From positions 1-64,000 of the forward strand of contig JAVKHQ010000003.1 in the NCBI GenBank assembly GCA_031459875.1: DNA of 64,000 bases. The letters are read 5' to 3'. The notes under the pieces were generated by a model, which saw only the letters and a program-made list of their open reading frames with translations, had not been told where the DNA came from and searched no databases. A program made the position numbers and the translations under genes. This stretch comes from Candidatus Fervidifonticultor sextus (GTDB lineage: Bacteria; Sysuimicrobiota; Sysuimicrobiia; Sysuimicrobiales; Humicultoraceae). Of the stretch, positions 29,616-40,504 are shown piece by piece. The stretch's first letter is position 1. Every line of letters begins with the position of its first letter.

Positions 29616-30521
29616 ATGGCTCAGGACGCGATCTCGCCTGCCCTGTCGCCCCTGGCGGTGCCGCGCGGCCGCGGCGGCCTGGCGGTCTTTTGGAGCCGCT
29701 TCCGGCGCAACCGGCTGGCGGTGGCGGCCCTGAGCTTTCTTGTCGCCATCCACCTCGTAGCCCTTGCCGCCGACGCCCTGGCCCCGCACGACCCCGCGGC
29801 GCTGGATCTGCTTAACCAGTTCGCCGATTTCTCCCGCGAGCATCCCCTGGGGACCGACGAGGCCGGTCGTGACGTGCTCTCCCGGTTGATCGTCGGATCG
29901 CGCGTCTCGCTGGCGGTAGGGCTGCTGGCCATGCTGGTCTCGGTCGCCGTCGGCAGCGTGATCGGTGCGCTGGCGGGGTTCTACGGCCGCCTGACCGACG
30001 GGGTCTTGATGCGGGTCACCGACGGGATGTTGACCATCCCCACGTTCTTCCTGGCCCTCCTTGTCCTGGCGGCGTTCGGCTCGAGCCTGACCAACCTGAT
30101 CCTGGTCATCGGGCTCACGGGCTGGATGGTCGTGGCGCGCGTGGTACGGGCCGAAGTGTTGCGCACACTCCCGCAGGAGTTCGTGCTGGCGGCCCGGGCG
30201 GTGGGCTCCTCAGATGGCCGCCTGCTGGTCCGGCACGTGGTGCCCCAGGCCTGGGCGTCGGTCATTGTGGCGGCCACCCTGGGCGTGGCCCATGCGATCC
30301 TGGTGGAGTCGTCGCTCTCCTACCTGGGGCTCGGGGTCCAGCCCCCGACGCCGACCTGGGGCAACATGCTCTCGGGCGCGCAGCAGTATGTGTGGACGAA
30401 ACCTCACCTGGCCATCTATCCTGGGTTGCTGATCATGCTGTGCGTACTCGGCTACAATGTCGTGGGCGATGCCCTGCGGGATGCGCTTGACCCGAGGGCC
30501 AGCCGTGCCCGAATCGCGTAG
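29616..30521 (+). CDS. Peptide/nickel ABC transporter permease (DppC-like)
   Basis: HPLGTDEAGRDVLSR, ESSLSYLGLGVQPPTPTWG and GDALRDALDP. Confidence 0.92.
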   Translation: MAQDAISPALSPLAVPRGRGGLAVFWSRFRRNRLAVAALSFLVAIHLVALAADALAPHDPAALDLLNQFADFSREHPLGTDEAGRDVLSRLIVGSRVSLAVGLLAMLVSVAVGSVIGALAGFYGRLTDGVLMRVTDGMLTIPTFFLALLVLAAFGSSLTNLILVIGLTGWMVVARVVRAEVLRTLPQEFVLAARAVGSSDGRLLVRHVVPQAWASVIVAATLGVAHAILVESSLSYLGLGVQPPTPTWGNMLSGAQQYVWTKPHLAIYPGLLIMLCVLGYNVVGDALRDALDPRASRARIA

Positions 30522-30558
30522 GAGGCGCCTAGTGGCCAACCGTAAAGGGGGTGTGGAG

Positions 30559-32127
30559 ATGAGTCGAGCTCTGGTCTTCGTGCTGGTCGCCGTCCTGGCG
30601 GCCGCGGCGGTACCTGCCGGTGTACGCGCCGGCCCGGCGGGTGGGAACGTCCTGCGCCTGTCCATCAACGGGGATGTGACGATCAATCCCCTGACGTTCC
30701 CGCAGCAGTTGCCGACGACCCAGGTCATCAAGGTGCTGTTCAACACCCTGACCAAGTACAACCCCGGTGACCTCAAGGTGGTGCCCGACCTGGCCACCCT
30801 GTGGACGCCGGCGGAAGCAGGCCGCATCTGGATCTTCAAGCTGCGCCGGGGCGTCACCTGGCACGACGGTCGGCCGTTCACCGCTGCCGACGTGAAGTTC
30901 ACCTTCGACGCCATCGTAGACCCCCGCACCCGAGCGCTGTACCGCACCACGTTTACCGGCCTGCAGTCGGTCCAGGTCATCGACGACTATACGGTCCGGT
31001 TCGAGTTCGACCGCCCCTACCCGTCGCTGCCCATCGTGGTGGGTTTCAACATCCCCATCGTCCCCCGGCACTTGCTGGAGGGCAAAAACCTGGCCGAGAT
31101 GCCCGAGTTCATCCGCAACCCCGTCGGCACCGGCCCCTTCAAGTGGAAGGAGTACGTCGAGGGTTCGCACCTGACGCTGGAGGCTAACCCCAACTACTAC
31201 GCGGGCAGGCCGTCGCTGGACGCCGTGGTCATCAAGATCATCCCGGACATCAACACGGTGGTGGCGCAGCTGCGCACCGGTGAGCTCGATGTGGGTATCA
31301 TCGAGCCGGTCCACCTGGACAGCCTGCGCGGTCAGGGTCACCTGAGGTTCCAGACTACCGAGCTACCCAGCGCCTTCTACATCGCGCTCAACGCCACGCG
31401 CTGGCCGTTCGGCGACAGGCGGGTGCGCCAGGCGCTCATGTACGGACTCAACCGCCACCAGATCGTCGAGCGCATCCTGAAGGGCACGGCCAACCTGGCG
31501 ACCGGCCCCTACGCCAGGGCCTTCGGCAAGTACTACAATCCCAACCTCAAGCCCTATCCCTACGACGTTAACAGAGCCAAAGCGCTGCTGGCAGAGGCCG
31601 GGTTTCGACCCGGGGCCGGCGGCCTCCTCGAGCGGGACGGCCGCCCCCTCTCCTTTGAGCTGATGGTGGACAAGGGGAACCCCACGCGGGAACAGATCGC
31701 GCTGGTGGCCCAGCAGCAGTGGCGGCAGCTCGGTGCCGAGGTAAAGCTCAACGTGGTCGAGTGGTCGGTCTACATCCGCCGCGGCAACCAGCGGCCGGGT
31801 GACTACGATGCGCGCACCAGCTGGCGCATTACCTCGCCCGATCCGGACAAGACGCCCGAATACACCACCGGGGGCACGGTCAACCACTACATGTACTCCA
31901 ACCCCGAGGTGGACCGGCTGATGGCCGAGGCCAGAGCGACCTTCGATCCCACGCTGCGCCCCAGGCTTTACCACAAGATCCAGGAACTGATCTATGACGA
32001 CGTGCCGGTCCTGTGGATCTTCTACAATTCAGAGATCCTGGCCATCAACACGCGTGTGCAGGGGTTCCCGGCCCTTGGGCTGCGCGACGCGTTGACCTGG
32101 CTCAACCTGGTGTCCGTCGCGAAGTAG
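30559..32127 (+). CDS. Peptide ABC transporter substrate-binding protein (SBP family 5)
   Basis: Signal peptide; LRRGVTWHDG, TAADVKFT, PVGTGPF and RVRQAL. Confidence 0.92.
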   Translation: MSRALVFVLVAVLAAAAVPAGVRAGPAGGNVLRLSINGDVTINPLTFPQQLPTTQVIKVLFNTLTKYNPGDLKVVPDLATLWTPAEAGRIWIFKLRRGVTWHDGRPFTAADVKFTFDAIVDPRTRALYRTTFTGLQSVQVIDDYTVRFEFDRPYPSLPIVVGFNIPIVPRHLLEGKNLAEMPEFIRNPVGTGPFKWKEYVEGSHLTLEANPNYYAGRPSLDAVVIKIIPDINTVVAQLRTGELDVGIIEPVHLDSLRGQGHLRFQTTELPSAFYIALNATRWPFGDRRVRQALMYGLNRHQIVERILKGTANLATGPYARAFGKYYNPNLKPYPYDVNRAKALLAEAGFRPGAGGLLERDGRPLSFELMVDKGNPTREQIALVAQQQWRQLGAEVKLNVVEWSVYIRRGNQRPGDYDARTSWRITSPDPDKTPEYTTGGTVNHYMYSNPEVDRLMAEARATFDPTLRPRLYHKIQELIYDDVPVLWIFYNSEILAINTRVQGFPALGLRDALTWLNLVSVAK

Positions 32128-32338
32128 GGGGCGACAGCGCCACAGGACTTCCCCGTGCAACGGTGGCCGGAGGCCACCCCCGGCGGCCCAGAACGCGGGC
32201 GGGCGGGAGCATGCGATCGGAAGTCTGTTGGCAGGACCCTTAGCCTGGCGTGCGGGGAGCACAACATGGATGGATTCATTCTCATTTCCAATTCTTCAGC
32301 ATCCTGCTAGTCTAGGGCCGTCGGAGGAGACGATTCGC

Positions 32339-33397
32339 GTGGGACGTCCTGACTGGCGCGGGATCATCGAGGCCTACCGGGCCCTGCTGCCGGCTGTGGA
32401 CCGGATCGTGACGCTGCACGAGGGCGGCACGCCGCTGATTCCCTGCGAACGCCTGTCCCGACACCTGCACCGTCCGGTGTGGCTCAAGGTCGAGGGCAGC
32501 AACCCCACCGGCTCCTTCAAGGACCGGGGGATGACGGTGGCGGTCAGCCGGGCCGCGTCCGACGGCGCCCGCGGGGTGATCTGCGCGTCCACGGGCAACA
32601 CGGCGGCCTCCGCCGCGGCGTATGCGGCCCGCGCGGGGCTCCCCTGCTGGATCCTGCTCCCGGCGGGCGCCGTGGCGCGCGGCAAGCTGGCCCAGGCGGC
32701 CGTGCACGGCGCCCGGGTCATCGCCATCGACGGCGGCTTCGAGCAGGCCCTCGACCTGGTGCGCGCCATCGCCCGCGAGGGGGAGGTGGTGCTGGTGAAC
32801 TCGCTGAACCCCCTGCGGCTGGAGGGGCAGGCCACGGCCGCCTACGAGATCTGCGATGTGCTGGGCGGATCGCCGGCGGTCCTGGTACTGCCTGTGGGCA
32901 ACGGCGGCAACATCACGGCCTACTGGAAGGGGTTCCGGCGGTACCGCGAGGCCGGACGGATCAGCCGGCTCCCGCGGATCATCGGCGTCCAGGCCGCGGG
33001 GGCAAACCCGCTGCTGCGCGGCGTGCCGGTGGAGCGGCCGCGGACCGTGGCCTCGGCGATCCGCATCGGCCGGCCGGCCAATTGGGAGGCCGCCGTGGAC
33101 GCCGCGACGGGCTCCGGCGGACGGTTCGTCCAGGTGAGCGATGAGGAGATCCTGGCCGCCCAGAAGGCGCTGGCCCGCGAGGGGATCTTCGTCGAACCGG
33201 CCTCGGCCGCCGCGGCGGCTGCGACCGAGCGCCTGGATGCCGCAGAGCTCCCTGGCGGCGACGTGGTGTGCGTGCTGACCGGCCACGGCCTGAAGGACCC
33301 GGACGCGGTCGGATTCGAGGAACCGGCCCGGCAGCCGGCCTCGCTGGAGGCCGTGCGGGCGCTATTGGAACAGGAGGGACGGGTGGCGTGGGGTTGA
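32339..33397 (+). CDS. thrC: Threonine synthase
   Basis: [16 protein letters not shown] (PLP Lys), ASTGNT, PVGNGGN and TGHGLKD; SD GGAGGA. Confidence 0.95.
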   Translation: MGRPDWRGIIEAYRALLPAVDRIVTLHEGGTPLIPCERLSRHLHRPVWLKVEGSNPTGSFKDRGMTVAVSRAASDGARGVICASTGNTAASAAAYAARAGLPCWILLPAGAVARGKLAQAAVHGARVIAIDGGFEQALDLVRAIAREGEVVLVNSLNPLRLEGQATAAYEICDVLGGSPAVLVLPVGNGGNITAYWKGFRRYREAGRISRLPRIIGVQAAGANPLLRGVPVERPRTVASAIRIGRPANWEAAVDAATGSGGRFVQVSDEEILAAQKALAREGIFVEPASAAAAAATERLDAAELPGGDVVCVLTGHGLKDPDAVGFEEPARQPASLEAVRALLEQEGRVAWG

Positions 33398-34608
33398 TCG
33401 TGCAGAAGTACGGCGGGAGTTCGGTGGCCACGACGGATCGGCTCCTCCACGTGGCCCGGCGGGTGGCCGCCGCGCGCCAGGCCGGCCACGACATGGTCGT
33501 GGTCGTCTCGGCCCCGGGCGACATGACCGACGACCTCATCGCCCGGGCGAAGGAGATCACGCCGAATCCTCCGGCGCGCGAACTGGACATGCTTATGGCG
33601 GTCGGGGAACAGGTCTCCATCGCGCTGCTGTCGATGGCGCTGCAGCATCTGGGCCAGCCGGCGATCTCGCTGGTCGGCAGCCAGGTCCGCATCATCACCG
33701 ACGGCGTCCATACCAAGGCGCGCGTCCTCGAGGTGGACCGCCGTCGCCTCGACGAGGAGTTGGGGCGCGGTCGCATCGTGGTCGTCGCCGGCTTTCAGGG
33801 CGTGACACCCGACTTCGAGATCACGACCCTGGGCCGGGGCGGCTCCGACCTCTCCGCGGTCGCACTGGCCTCGGCACTGGGCGCGGAGGCCTGCGAGATC
33901 TACACCGATGTGCCCGGCGTCTTCACCGCCGATCCCCGCATCGTGCCCGAGGCACGGCAACTTGAGCGCCTCTCGTACGACGAGATGCTGGAACTGGCCA
34001 GCAGCGGCGCGGTGGTCCTGCAGACCCGGTCGGTCGAGTACGCGAAGGCGTACGGCGTGCGGCTGCACGTTCGCTCGACGTGGAGCGACGCCCCCGGCAC
34101 CATCGTGGAGGAGGTTGCAGACGTGGAACGGACCCGGCTCGTGACAGGCGTGGCCCACGACACCAACGTGGCGCGGATCACCATTCGAGACGTCCCGGAT
34201 ATCCCGGGCATCGCGCACCGCATCTTCTCGGCCCTCGCGAACCGCCACATCAACGTGGACATGATCGTCCAGACGGCCAGCCGGGGCGGGAAGGCCGACA
34301 TCTCGTTCACGGTCACCAAGGCCGACGCGGCCCTCGCGGCCCAGACCGTCCGGGAGGTGAGTCGGGAGATCGGCGGTGGGGAGGTGACGGCGGCCGAGGG
34401 GGTCGCGAAGGTCTCCGTGGTGGGGGCGGGCATGGCCAGCAACCCCGGGGTGGCCGCCGCGATGTTCGGCGCCCTGGCGGGCTGTGGGATCAACATCCAG
34501 ATGATCAGCACCTCGGAGATCAAGATCTCGTGCGTCATCCCGGCGGAGGACGTCCAGAAGGCGGTTCGGGCCATTCACCGGACCTTCAACCTCGATGCCC
34601 TGCGGTAG
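33388..34608 (+). CDS. lysC: Aspartate kinase
   Basis: [31 protein letters not shown] and two ACT domains (STSEIKIS). Confidence 0.95.
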   Translation: MGLIVQKYGGSSVATTDRLLHVARRVAAARQAGHDMVVVVSAPGDMTDDLIARAKEITPNPPARELDMLMAVGEQVSIALLSMALQHLGQPAISLVGSQVRIITDGVHTKARVLEVDRRRLDEELGRGRIVVVAGFQGVTPDFEITTLGRGGSDLSAVALASALGAEACEIYTDVPGVFTADPRIVPEARQLERLSYDEMLELASSGAVVLQTRSVEYAKAYGVRLHVRSTWSDAPGTIVEEVADVERTRLVTGVAHDTNVARITIRDVPDIPGIAHRIFSALANRHINVDMIVQTASRGGKADISFTVTKADAALAAQTVREVSREIGGGEVTAAEGVAKVSVVGAGMASNPGVAAAMFGALAGCGINIQMISTSEIKISCVIPAEDVQKAVRAIHRTFNLDALR

Positions 34609-34745
34609 GACCCGTGGCCCGGACCCCCTGGCGCTTGGGGATCCAGCAGGACTCGACCCCGGGGCCGCAGAAGAAAGGCGGGCGGCCCAAATGCGGCAGC
34701 GTCGTCCTCCGGCGACAACCGGCAGATGCTGGCAAGAGGTGAACT

Positions 34746-35591
34746 GTGCCGTCCTCGGGTCGTGACCTCCCCTCAAGAAACGGAAACGGCATCGACGGGC
34801 TGGCCCGGTCCTATGCTGCCACCCGGGACCCCAGGATTCGTGAGGAGCTCGTCCGCCGTCACCAGTGCCTGGTCCGCAGCATTGCCGCAGAGTACCGGCA
34901 CTCGGGCCATGACGACGACTTGGTCCAGGTGGGCTTCCTGGGCCTGCTGAACGCCATCGAGCACTTCGATCCGGCGCGAGGCACGCCGTTTGTGGCCTTC
35001 GCCCGTCACTTCGTCCGGGGTGAGATCCGACACTACCTGCGCGACTCCCACAACGTGATGCGGCGCCCCCGGTGGATGGATCGCGTCAACGGCCAGATCG
35101 AACAGGCCGTGGGGGACCACCTCGCCGAGTCGGGTCGCTATCCCGGTCTGGCGGAGCTGGCCGAGCGGCTCAACCTGGACGAGGCGTCGCTAGAGGAGAT
35201 CCTGAAGACGCGGGAGGTGGTGCGGACCCTCTCGCTGGACGCCGAGGATGAGGAGGGGCATCCCAAGGTCGACCTGCAGCGCGCGCCGCTCGAGGGCCGG
35301 TGGCTGACCCTGCCGCTGGAGGACCGCATGGTCCTCCTGGAGGCGCTGGAGGCCCTCAACCCGCTCCAGCGCACGGTGATCTTCTTCATCTATTTCACGG
35401 ACCTGACCCAGGCCGAAGCCGCCCAGCGGATCGGTATCTCGCAGAAGCACGTCTCGCGCGTGCTGGCCTCAGCCCTCCACCGGCTGCGCGAGTTGCTCGG
35501 CCCGGAGTCGCCCGCGCGTCCTCCGCGGACGCCCGCCGGTCCGCCGGCGCGCCCGGGGTCCCTGAAGTCCGCGTCGCGGACTTCAGGGTGA
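34746..35591 (+). CDS. SigB/SigF/SigG-family RNA polymerase sigma factor
   Basis: DDLVQVGFLGLLNAIEHFDP, GEIRHYLRD, SLD and region 4 TQAEAAQRIGISQKHVSR. Confidence 0.9.
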   Translation: MPSSGRDLPSRNGNGIDGLARSYAATRDPRIREELVRRHQCLVRSIAAEYRHSGHDDDLVQVGFLGLLNAIEHFDPARGTPFVAFARHFVRGEIRHYLRDSHNVMRRPRWMDRVNGQIEQAVGDHLAESGRYPGLAELAERLNLDEASLEEILKTREVVRTLSLDAEDEEGHPKVDLQRAPLEGRWLTLPLEDRMVLLEALEALNPLQRTVIFFIYFTDLTQAEAAQRIGISQKHVSRVLASALHRLRELLGPESPARPPRTPAGPPARPGSLKSASRTSG

Positions 35592-35593
35592 CC

Positions 35594-37546
35594 CTAGCCC
35601 TGCTCTTCCTCGTATCGCTGCTTCAGCCCCAAGACGACGGTCGGGTCAGCCAGGGTCGTGGTGTCCCCCAAAATCCGCCCTTCGGCGATGTCCCTGAGCA
35701 GTCGGCGCATGATCTTGCCGCTGCGGGTCTTGGGGAGTTCCGCGCTGAACAGGATGCGGTCGGGCTTGGCGATCGCGCCGATCTTCTCGGCGACATGCTG
35801 GCGCAGTTCGTCGGCCGTGGCATCGTCCGCCGTGCCCCCTTCCTTCAGGGTGACGAACGCGACCAGGGCCTGACCTTTGATGTCGTGGTGGACGCCGATG
35901 ACCGCCGCCTCGGCGACCTTGGGGTGGGAGACCAGCGCGCTCTCCACCTCCATGGTCCCGATGCGGTGGCCGGCCACGTTGATGACATCGTCCACGCGGC
36001 CCAGCAGCCAGAAGTACCCGTCCTCGTCGCATCGGGCGCCGTCGCCGGTGAAGTAGGCGCCGGGGATCCGGGACCAGTAGATCTGCCGGTAGCGCTCGGG
36101 ATCGCCGTAGATGCCGCGCAACATCGCCGGCCAGGGGCGGCGCACCACCAGGTATCCCCCGGTGTTGGGCGCCACCGGCACGCCGCGCTCGTCCACGACC
36201 GCGGCGTCGATGCCGGGAAACGGCAGGGTGGCCGACCCCGGCTTGAGGGTCACGATCCCCGGGAGCGGTGTGATGAGAATCATCCCCGTTTCCGTCTGCC
36301 ACCAGGTGTCGACGACCGGGACCCGATCACCGCCGATGTGTCGGCGGTACCACACCCAGGCCTCAGGGTTGATGGGCTCGCCGACGGTCCCCAGCAGCCG
36401 CAGCGACGACAGGTCATGGCGGGCCGGCCACTCGGTGCCCCACTTGATGAACGTCCGGATAGCGGTAGGCGCCGTGTAGAGAATGGTGACCCCGTAGCGC
36501 TCCACGATGGACCAGAACCGGTCCTTCTCCGGCCAGTCGGGCGTGCCCTCGTACATGACCACCGTGGCGCCGTTGGAAAGCGGCCCGTAGACGATGTAGG
36601 AGTGCCCGGTCACCCAGCCAATGTCGGCCGTACACCAGTAGACGTCGTCTTCCTTGAGGTCGAACACCCACTTGGCGGTCAGGTAGGTCCCCACCATGTA
36701 GCCGCCGGTGGTGTGGACGATCCCCTTGGGCTTCCCCGTGGTCCCGCTGGTGTAGAGGATGTAGAGGAGGTCCTCGCTGTCCATCTCCTCGGGCGGGCAG
36801 TCCAGACGCATGCCGTCCAGCGCTCGGTGCCACCACCGGTCGCGGCCCTCCACCATATGGATCGCCGCCGCCTCGCCGATGCGCCGCACCACCAGGACGT
36901 GCCGGACGGTCGGGGTCTGCTCCAGCGCGTGGTCCACGTTGCGCTTGAGCGGCACGATCTGGCCGCGGCGGTAGCCACCGTCGGCAGTGATGACCAGAGT
37001 GACCCGGGCGTCGTTGATGCGGTCGCGCAGGGCTTCGGCGGAGAACCCGCCGAAGACGACCGTGTGGACGGCCCCGATCCGGGCGCAGGCCAGCATGGCG
37101 ATGGGCAACTCGGGGATCATCGGCATGTAGATGGCCACCCGGTCGCCCCGCCGCACGCCCAGGGACAGCAGCGCGTTGGCGCACCGGTTGACCTCGCGCG
37201 CGAGGTCCCAGTAGGTCAGGACCCGTTGCTCGCCGGGCTCCCCCTCCCAGACGATGGCGGCCTTGTTGCGGCGCGCCCCGCGCAGGTGCCGGTCCAGGCA
37301 GTTGTAGGCGATGTTGGTCCGACCCCCGACGAACCATTTGGCGTCCGGCGGCGTCCACTCCAGGACGCGGTCCCAGCGCCGGAACCAATGCAGTTCCTCG
37401 GCGGCGGCTTCCCAGAACCGCTCGGGGTCGGCGCGCGCTCGCTCGTAGACCGACTCGTCGGCGACGTGCGCTTGGTTCCGGAAGGCCTCGGGCGGGCCGA
37501 AGGTCCGCCGTTCCTCAAGCAGCGAGTGGATCGGGCTGTCGGGCAT
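35594..37546 (-). CDS. acs: Acetyl-CoA synthetase (AMP-forming)
   Basis: [29 protein letters not shown] and [12 protein letters not shown]. Confidence 0.97.
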   Translation of the reverse strand: MPDSPIHSLLEERRTFGPPEAFRNQAHVADESVYERARADPERFWEAAAEELHWFRRWDRVLEWTPPDAKWFVGGRTNIAYNCLDRHLRGARRNKAAIVWEGEPGEQRVLTYWDLAREVNRCANALLSLGVRRGDRVAIYMPMIPELPIAMLACARIGAVHTVVFGGFSAEALRDRINDARVTLVITADGGYRRGQIVPLKRNVDHALEQTPTVRHVLVVRRIGEAAAIHMVEGRDRWWHRALDGMRLDCPPEEMDSEDLLYILYTSGTTGKPKGIVHTTGGYMVGTYLTAKWVFDLKEDDVYWCTADIGWVTGHSYIVYGPLSNGATVVMYEGTPDWPEKDRFWSIVERYGVTILYTAPTAIRTFIKWGTEWPARHDLSSLRLLGTVGEPINPEAWVWYRRHIGGDRVPVVDTWWQTETGMILITPLPGIVTLKPGSATLPFPGIDAAVVDERGVPVAPNTGGYLVVRRPWPAMLRGIYGDPERYRQIYWSRIPGAYFTGDGARCDEDGYFWLLGRVDDVINVAGHRIGTMEVESALVSHPKVAEAAVIGVHHDIKGQALVAFVTLKEGGTADDATADELRQHVAEKIGAIAKPDRILFSAELPKTRSGKIMRRLLRDIAEGRILGDTTTLADPTVVLGLKQRYEEEQG

Positions 37547-37694
37547 CTCGATCGTCCTCCCGGCTCAGAATGCTGCACATAGTTCAAGCCTCCCCCGGGG
37601 GACTCCTACAACGCCCGGCGCCAAGGAATACTCCCCGGCGGGCTCGAATCACGGGGCGGATTCCTGGGATGGTCTGTCCACGCCGCGGTGGTCG

Positions 37695-39512
37695 ATGACG
37701 ATGTCGAGAGGGGCTACCGCCCGCTCTGCCGTGCCCGCATCCATCCGCCGCCTGTCCCTGCTCGCCAGCGCATCCACCGGGCTGCTGCTGGTGGCCGGGG
37801 CGACGGTCAGTGCGACGGGTGCCGGCCTGGCGTGCCCTGACTGGCCGCTGTGCCGGGGGCGCCTGATCCCGCCTCTGGACCGGTTGGTGCTCATCGAGTA
37901 CGGCCACCGACTGCTGGCCTCCGCCGTGGGCGTCATGGTGCTGGCCCTCGTGGTCATGACATGGAGGCACCTGGGACCCTCCCCGCCGCTGCGGCGTCTG
38001 GCCGCGATCCTGGTGGGCCTGCTGGCCCTCCAGGTGGGCCTGGGAGGGGCCGCCGTCCTGTCGGCGCTGGTGCCCCTCGTGGTCAGCGCCCACCTGCTGG
38101 TCGCGATGTCGTTCCTGGCCCTGCTGGTGGCGTACAGCGTCCGGGTGCGCTGGGAGATCGATCCCGCTCTCAGGATGCCTGCGCCGCCTCGGGGGCTGCG
38201 CACGGCGGCGCGCCTGGCCCTGGCCGCCACGTTCCTCCAGGTGACGCTTGGCGGCGTGGTCAGCGCATTTGGAGCCGGTCTGGCGTGTCCGGACTTCCCG
38301 CTCTGCCAGGGCAGCCTGCTGCCTCCGCCGGAACCCCGTGCCGTCCTCCACACGGCGCACCGTCTGGCGGCCTTCGTGGTCGCCCTCCTCGTGGCGGCAG
38401 TCGCCGCGCGGGCTCGCGAGAGCCGGGACCGGACGATCCGCACGGCGGCCGCGGCCGCTGTGGCGCTGGTTATCGTGCAGGTGGGCCTCGGCGCGCTCAA
38501 CGTCTGGACGCGACTGGCCGTGCTGATCCGGGTGGCCCACCTTGGCGGGGGGGCGGCCCTGCTGGCGACCCTGGTGGTCCTCGTGGTCCGGGTCGGCCTG
38601 GCGGTCCGGGTGGGCCGGGTGGAGCCTGCAACGACCTCCCCCGCGGGGCTGCGCCCTGCTGTGGCCGACTACATCGCCCTGATGAAGCCCCGCATCATTG
38701 TGTTGCTGCTCCTCACGACCCTGACCGCCATGGTCGTCGCCGCCGGCGGCTGGGTCGGATGGGCGCTGGTGGTGGCCACGTTGCTGGGCGGGACCCTGGC
38801 GGCCGGCGCCGCCAACGCCATCAACTGCTACTGGGACCGCGATGTGGACGCCATCATGCTACGGACGCGCGGCCGGCCGATCCCGCAGCGCCGGATCGGC
38901 CCACGGCAGGCCCTGCGGTTCGGGGCGGCGCTGGCGCTGGCGTCGATCCTGGTCCTGGGGCTGGCGGTGAACTGGCTGAGCGCCGCGCTGGCCGGCCTGG
39001 GGATCGCCTACTACGTGGGGGTCTACACGATCTGGCTGAAGCGTACGACCCCGCAGAACATCGTGATCGGCGGGGCGGCGGGCGCGATCCCACCGCTCGT
39101 CGGGTGGGCGGCGGTGACCAACCAGGTGGGGATCCCGGCGATCGTGCTCTTCGCCATCGTCTTCCTGTGGACCCCTCCGCACTTCTGGGCGCTGGCGCTG
39201 AACCGCGCCGAGGACTATCGGGCGGCGCGCATCCCCATGCTCCCGGTGGTGCGCGGGGCTGCAGAGACGGTGCGCCAGATGGTCATCTACACCGTCGCGC
39301 TCGTGGCGGCCACGCTGCTGCTGGCCGGCGTCGGCGGCCTGGGGCCGATCTACACCGTCTCGGCGGTGGTGTTGGCCGTGCCCCTGGTGGTCCTGGTGCT
39401 CCGGCTGGCGCGGCAGGTCACGCCGGACGCGGCGTGGGCGCTGTTCGAGTATTCGATCCTCTACCTCGGCCTGTTGTTTACCTCCATGGCGGTGGATCGG
39501 CTGCTGGCCTGA
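37695..39512 (+). CDS. Fused heme A synthase (CtaA/COX15) - heme O synthase (CtaB/CyoE)
   Basis: N-terminal half ACPDWPLC, EYGHR, ACPDFPLC, HR; C-terminal half LMKPR, DRDVDAIMLRT, LKRTTPQNIVIGG and WTPPHFWAL. Confidence 0.92.
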   Translation: MTMSRGATARSAVPASIRRLSLLASASTGLLLVAGATVSATGAGLACPDWPLCRGRLIPPLDRLVLIEYGHRLLASAVGVMVLALVVMTWRHLGPSPPLRRLAAILVGLLALQVGLGGAAVLSALVPLVVSAHLLVAMSFLALLVAYSVRVRWEIDPALRMPAPPRGLRTAARLALAATFLQVTLGGVVSAFGAGLACPDFPLCQGSLLPPPEPRAVLHTAHRLAAFVVALLVAAVAARARESRDRTIRTAAAAAVALVIVQVGLGALNVWTRLAVLIRVAHLGGGAALLATLVVLVVRVGLAVRVGRVEPATTSPAGLRPAVADYIALMKPRIIVLLLLTTLTAMVVAAGGWVGWALVVATLLGGTLAAGAANAINCYWDRDVDAIMLRTRGRPIPQRRIGPRQALRFGAALALASILVLGLAVNWLSAALAGLGIAYYVGVYTIWLKRTTPQNIVIGGAAGAIPPLVGWAAVTNQVGIPAIVLFAIVFLWTPPHFWALALNRAEDYRAARIPMLPVVRGAAETVRQMVIYTVALVAATLLLAGVGGLGPIYTVSAVVLAVPLVVLVLRLARQVTPDAAWALFEYSILYLGLLFTSMAVDRLLA

Positions 39513-39623
39513 TGCCAATCCGGGGACGCGCAGGAGTCTTGGGGCCGGGGGCCTAATAACAGCCAGTCGAAACGGCGGGAAAGCGCCGCGGATTCCCGAT
39601 TGGCAGCACAGAGGGGACGGCGG

Positions 39624-40472
39624 ATGGCGAACGGGCCACCACGGGACAGCGCACGTACCACGGGTCTTTTGCTGGGAGGCCTCATCCTGGGGATGGTGGT
39701 CCTGGGTGGGGTCGCCCTCACCATCTACGCGCGAGGACGCTGGTGGCTGCCGCCGCTGGCCTCAGCGCACGGGGAGGCGATCGACCGGCTGTTCTACGCG
39801 ACGCTGGCGGTCACCGGCGTCGTCTTCGTCGGCGTCCACGTCTTGCTCGCCCTGTTCGTCATGCGCTACGCAGCGGCCGGCGAGGGGCGCGCTCTGTACT
39901 GGCCCGACCACCGGAGGCTGGAACTCACCTACACCATCGTTCCCGCCGTCGCCCTGGCCATCATGGTCGCCTTAAGCGGCGTGGTGTGGGCCAGGGTGCG
40001 CCTGACCGCGCCGCCGGCCGACAGCCTCGACGTAGACGTCCGCGCCGAGCAGTTTGCCTGGCTCGTCCGCTACCCCGGTCCGGACGGTCGCTTCGGCCGC
40101 ACAGACCCCCGGCGCATCGACCACCGGACCAACCCCATGGGACTGGATCCCTCCGACCCGGCGGCCGCCGATGACATCGTCTCCAGGGATCTGCACGCGG
40201 TGGTGGGGCGGCCGGTCCGGGTCCGGTTGCGGTCTACCGGGGTGATTCACAGCCTCTTCATCCCGGCGTTCCGTGTGAAGCAGGACGCAGTGCCGGGGGT
40301 GACGCTGGAGACCTGGTTCACCCCGACCCGGGAGGGGGAGTTCGAGATCGCCTGCGCTGAACTGTGCGGGCTGGGCCACTACGCCATGCGCAGCAAGGTG
40401 ATCGTGCAGTCCCAGCAGGCCTTCGACGCCTGGCTGGGGGAGCAGAAACCTTCTTTGGGGTCGGGCCAGTGA
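39624..40472 (+). CDS. ctaC: Cytochrome c oxidase subunit II
   Basis: CuA ligands VIHS and CAELCGLGHYAM; N-terminal TM helices. Confidence 0.93.
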   Translation: MANGPPRDSARTTGLLLGGLILGMVVLGGVALTIYARGRWWLPPLASAHGEAIDRLFYATLAVTGVVFVGVHVLLALFVMRYAAAGEGRALYWPDHRRLELTYTIVPAVALAIMVALSGVVWARVRLTAPPADSLDVDVRAEQFAWLVRYPGPDGRFGRTDPRRIDHRTNPMGLDPSDPAAADDIVSRDLHAVVGRPVRVRLRSTGVIHSLFIPAFRVKQDAVPGVTLETWFTPTREGEFEIACAELCGLGHYAMRSKVIVQSQQAFDAWLGEQKPSLGSGQ

Positions 40473-40504
40473 GCGGCGGAGCAGAACAGGAGGGGCAGAA
40501 GGGC

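Noticed and set aside
32128..32338. Possible T-box, lysine or SAM riboswitch upstream of thrC-lysC
   Set aside because: No T-box core, L-box or S-box consensus and no terminator with a U-tract were recognisable. An Rfam scan would settle it.
34610..34745. Structured-looking leader before the sigma factor (GCCGCA...TGCGGC stem)
   Set aside because: It does not match any riboswitch consensus I recognise, and short GC stems are expected by chance here.
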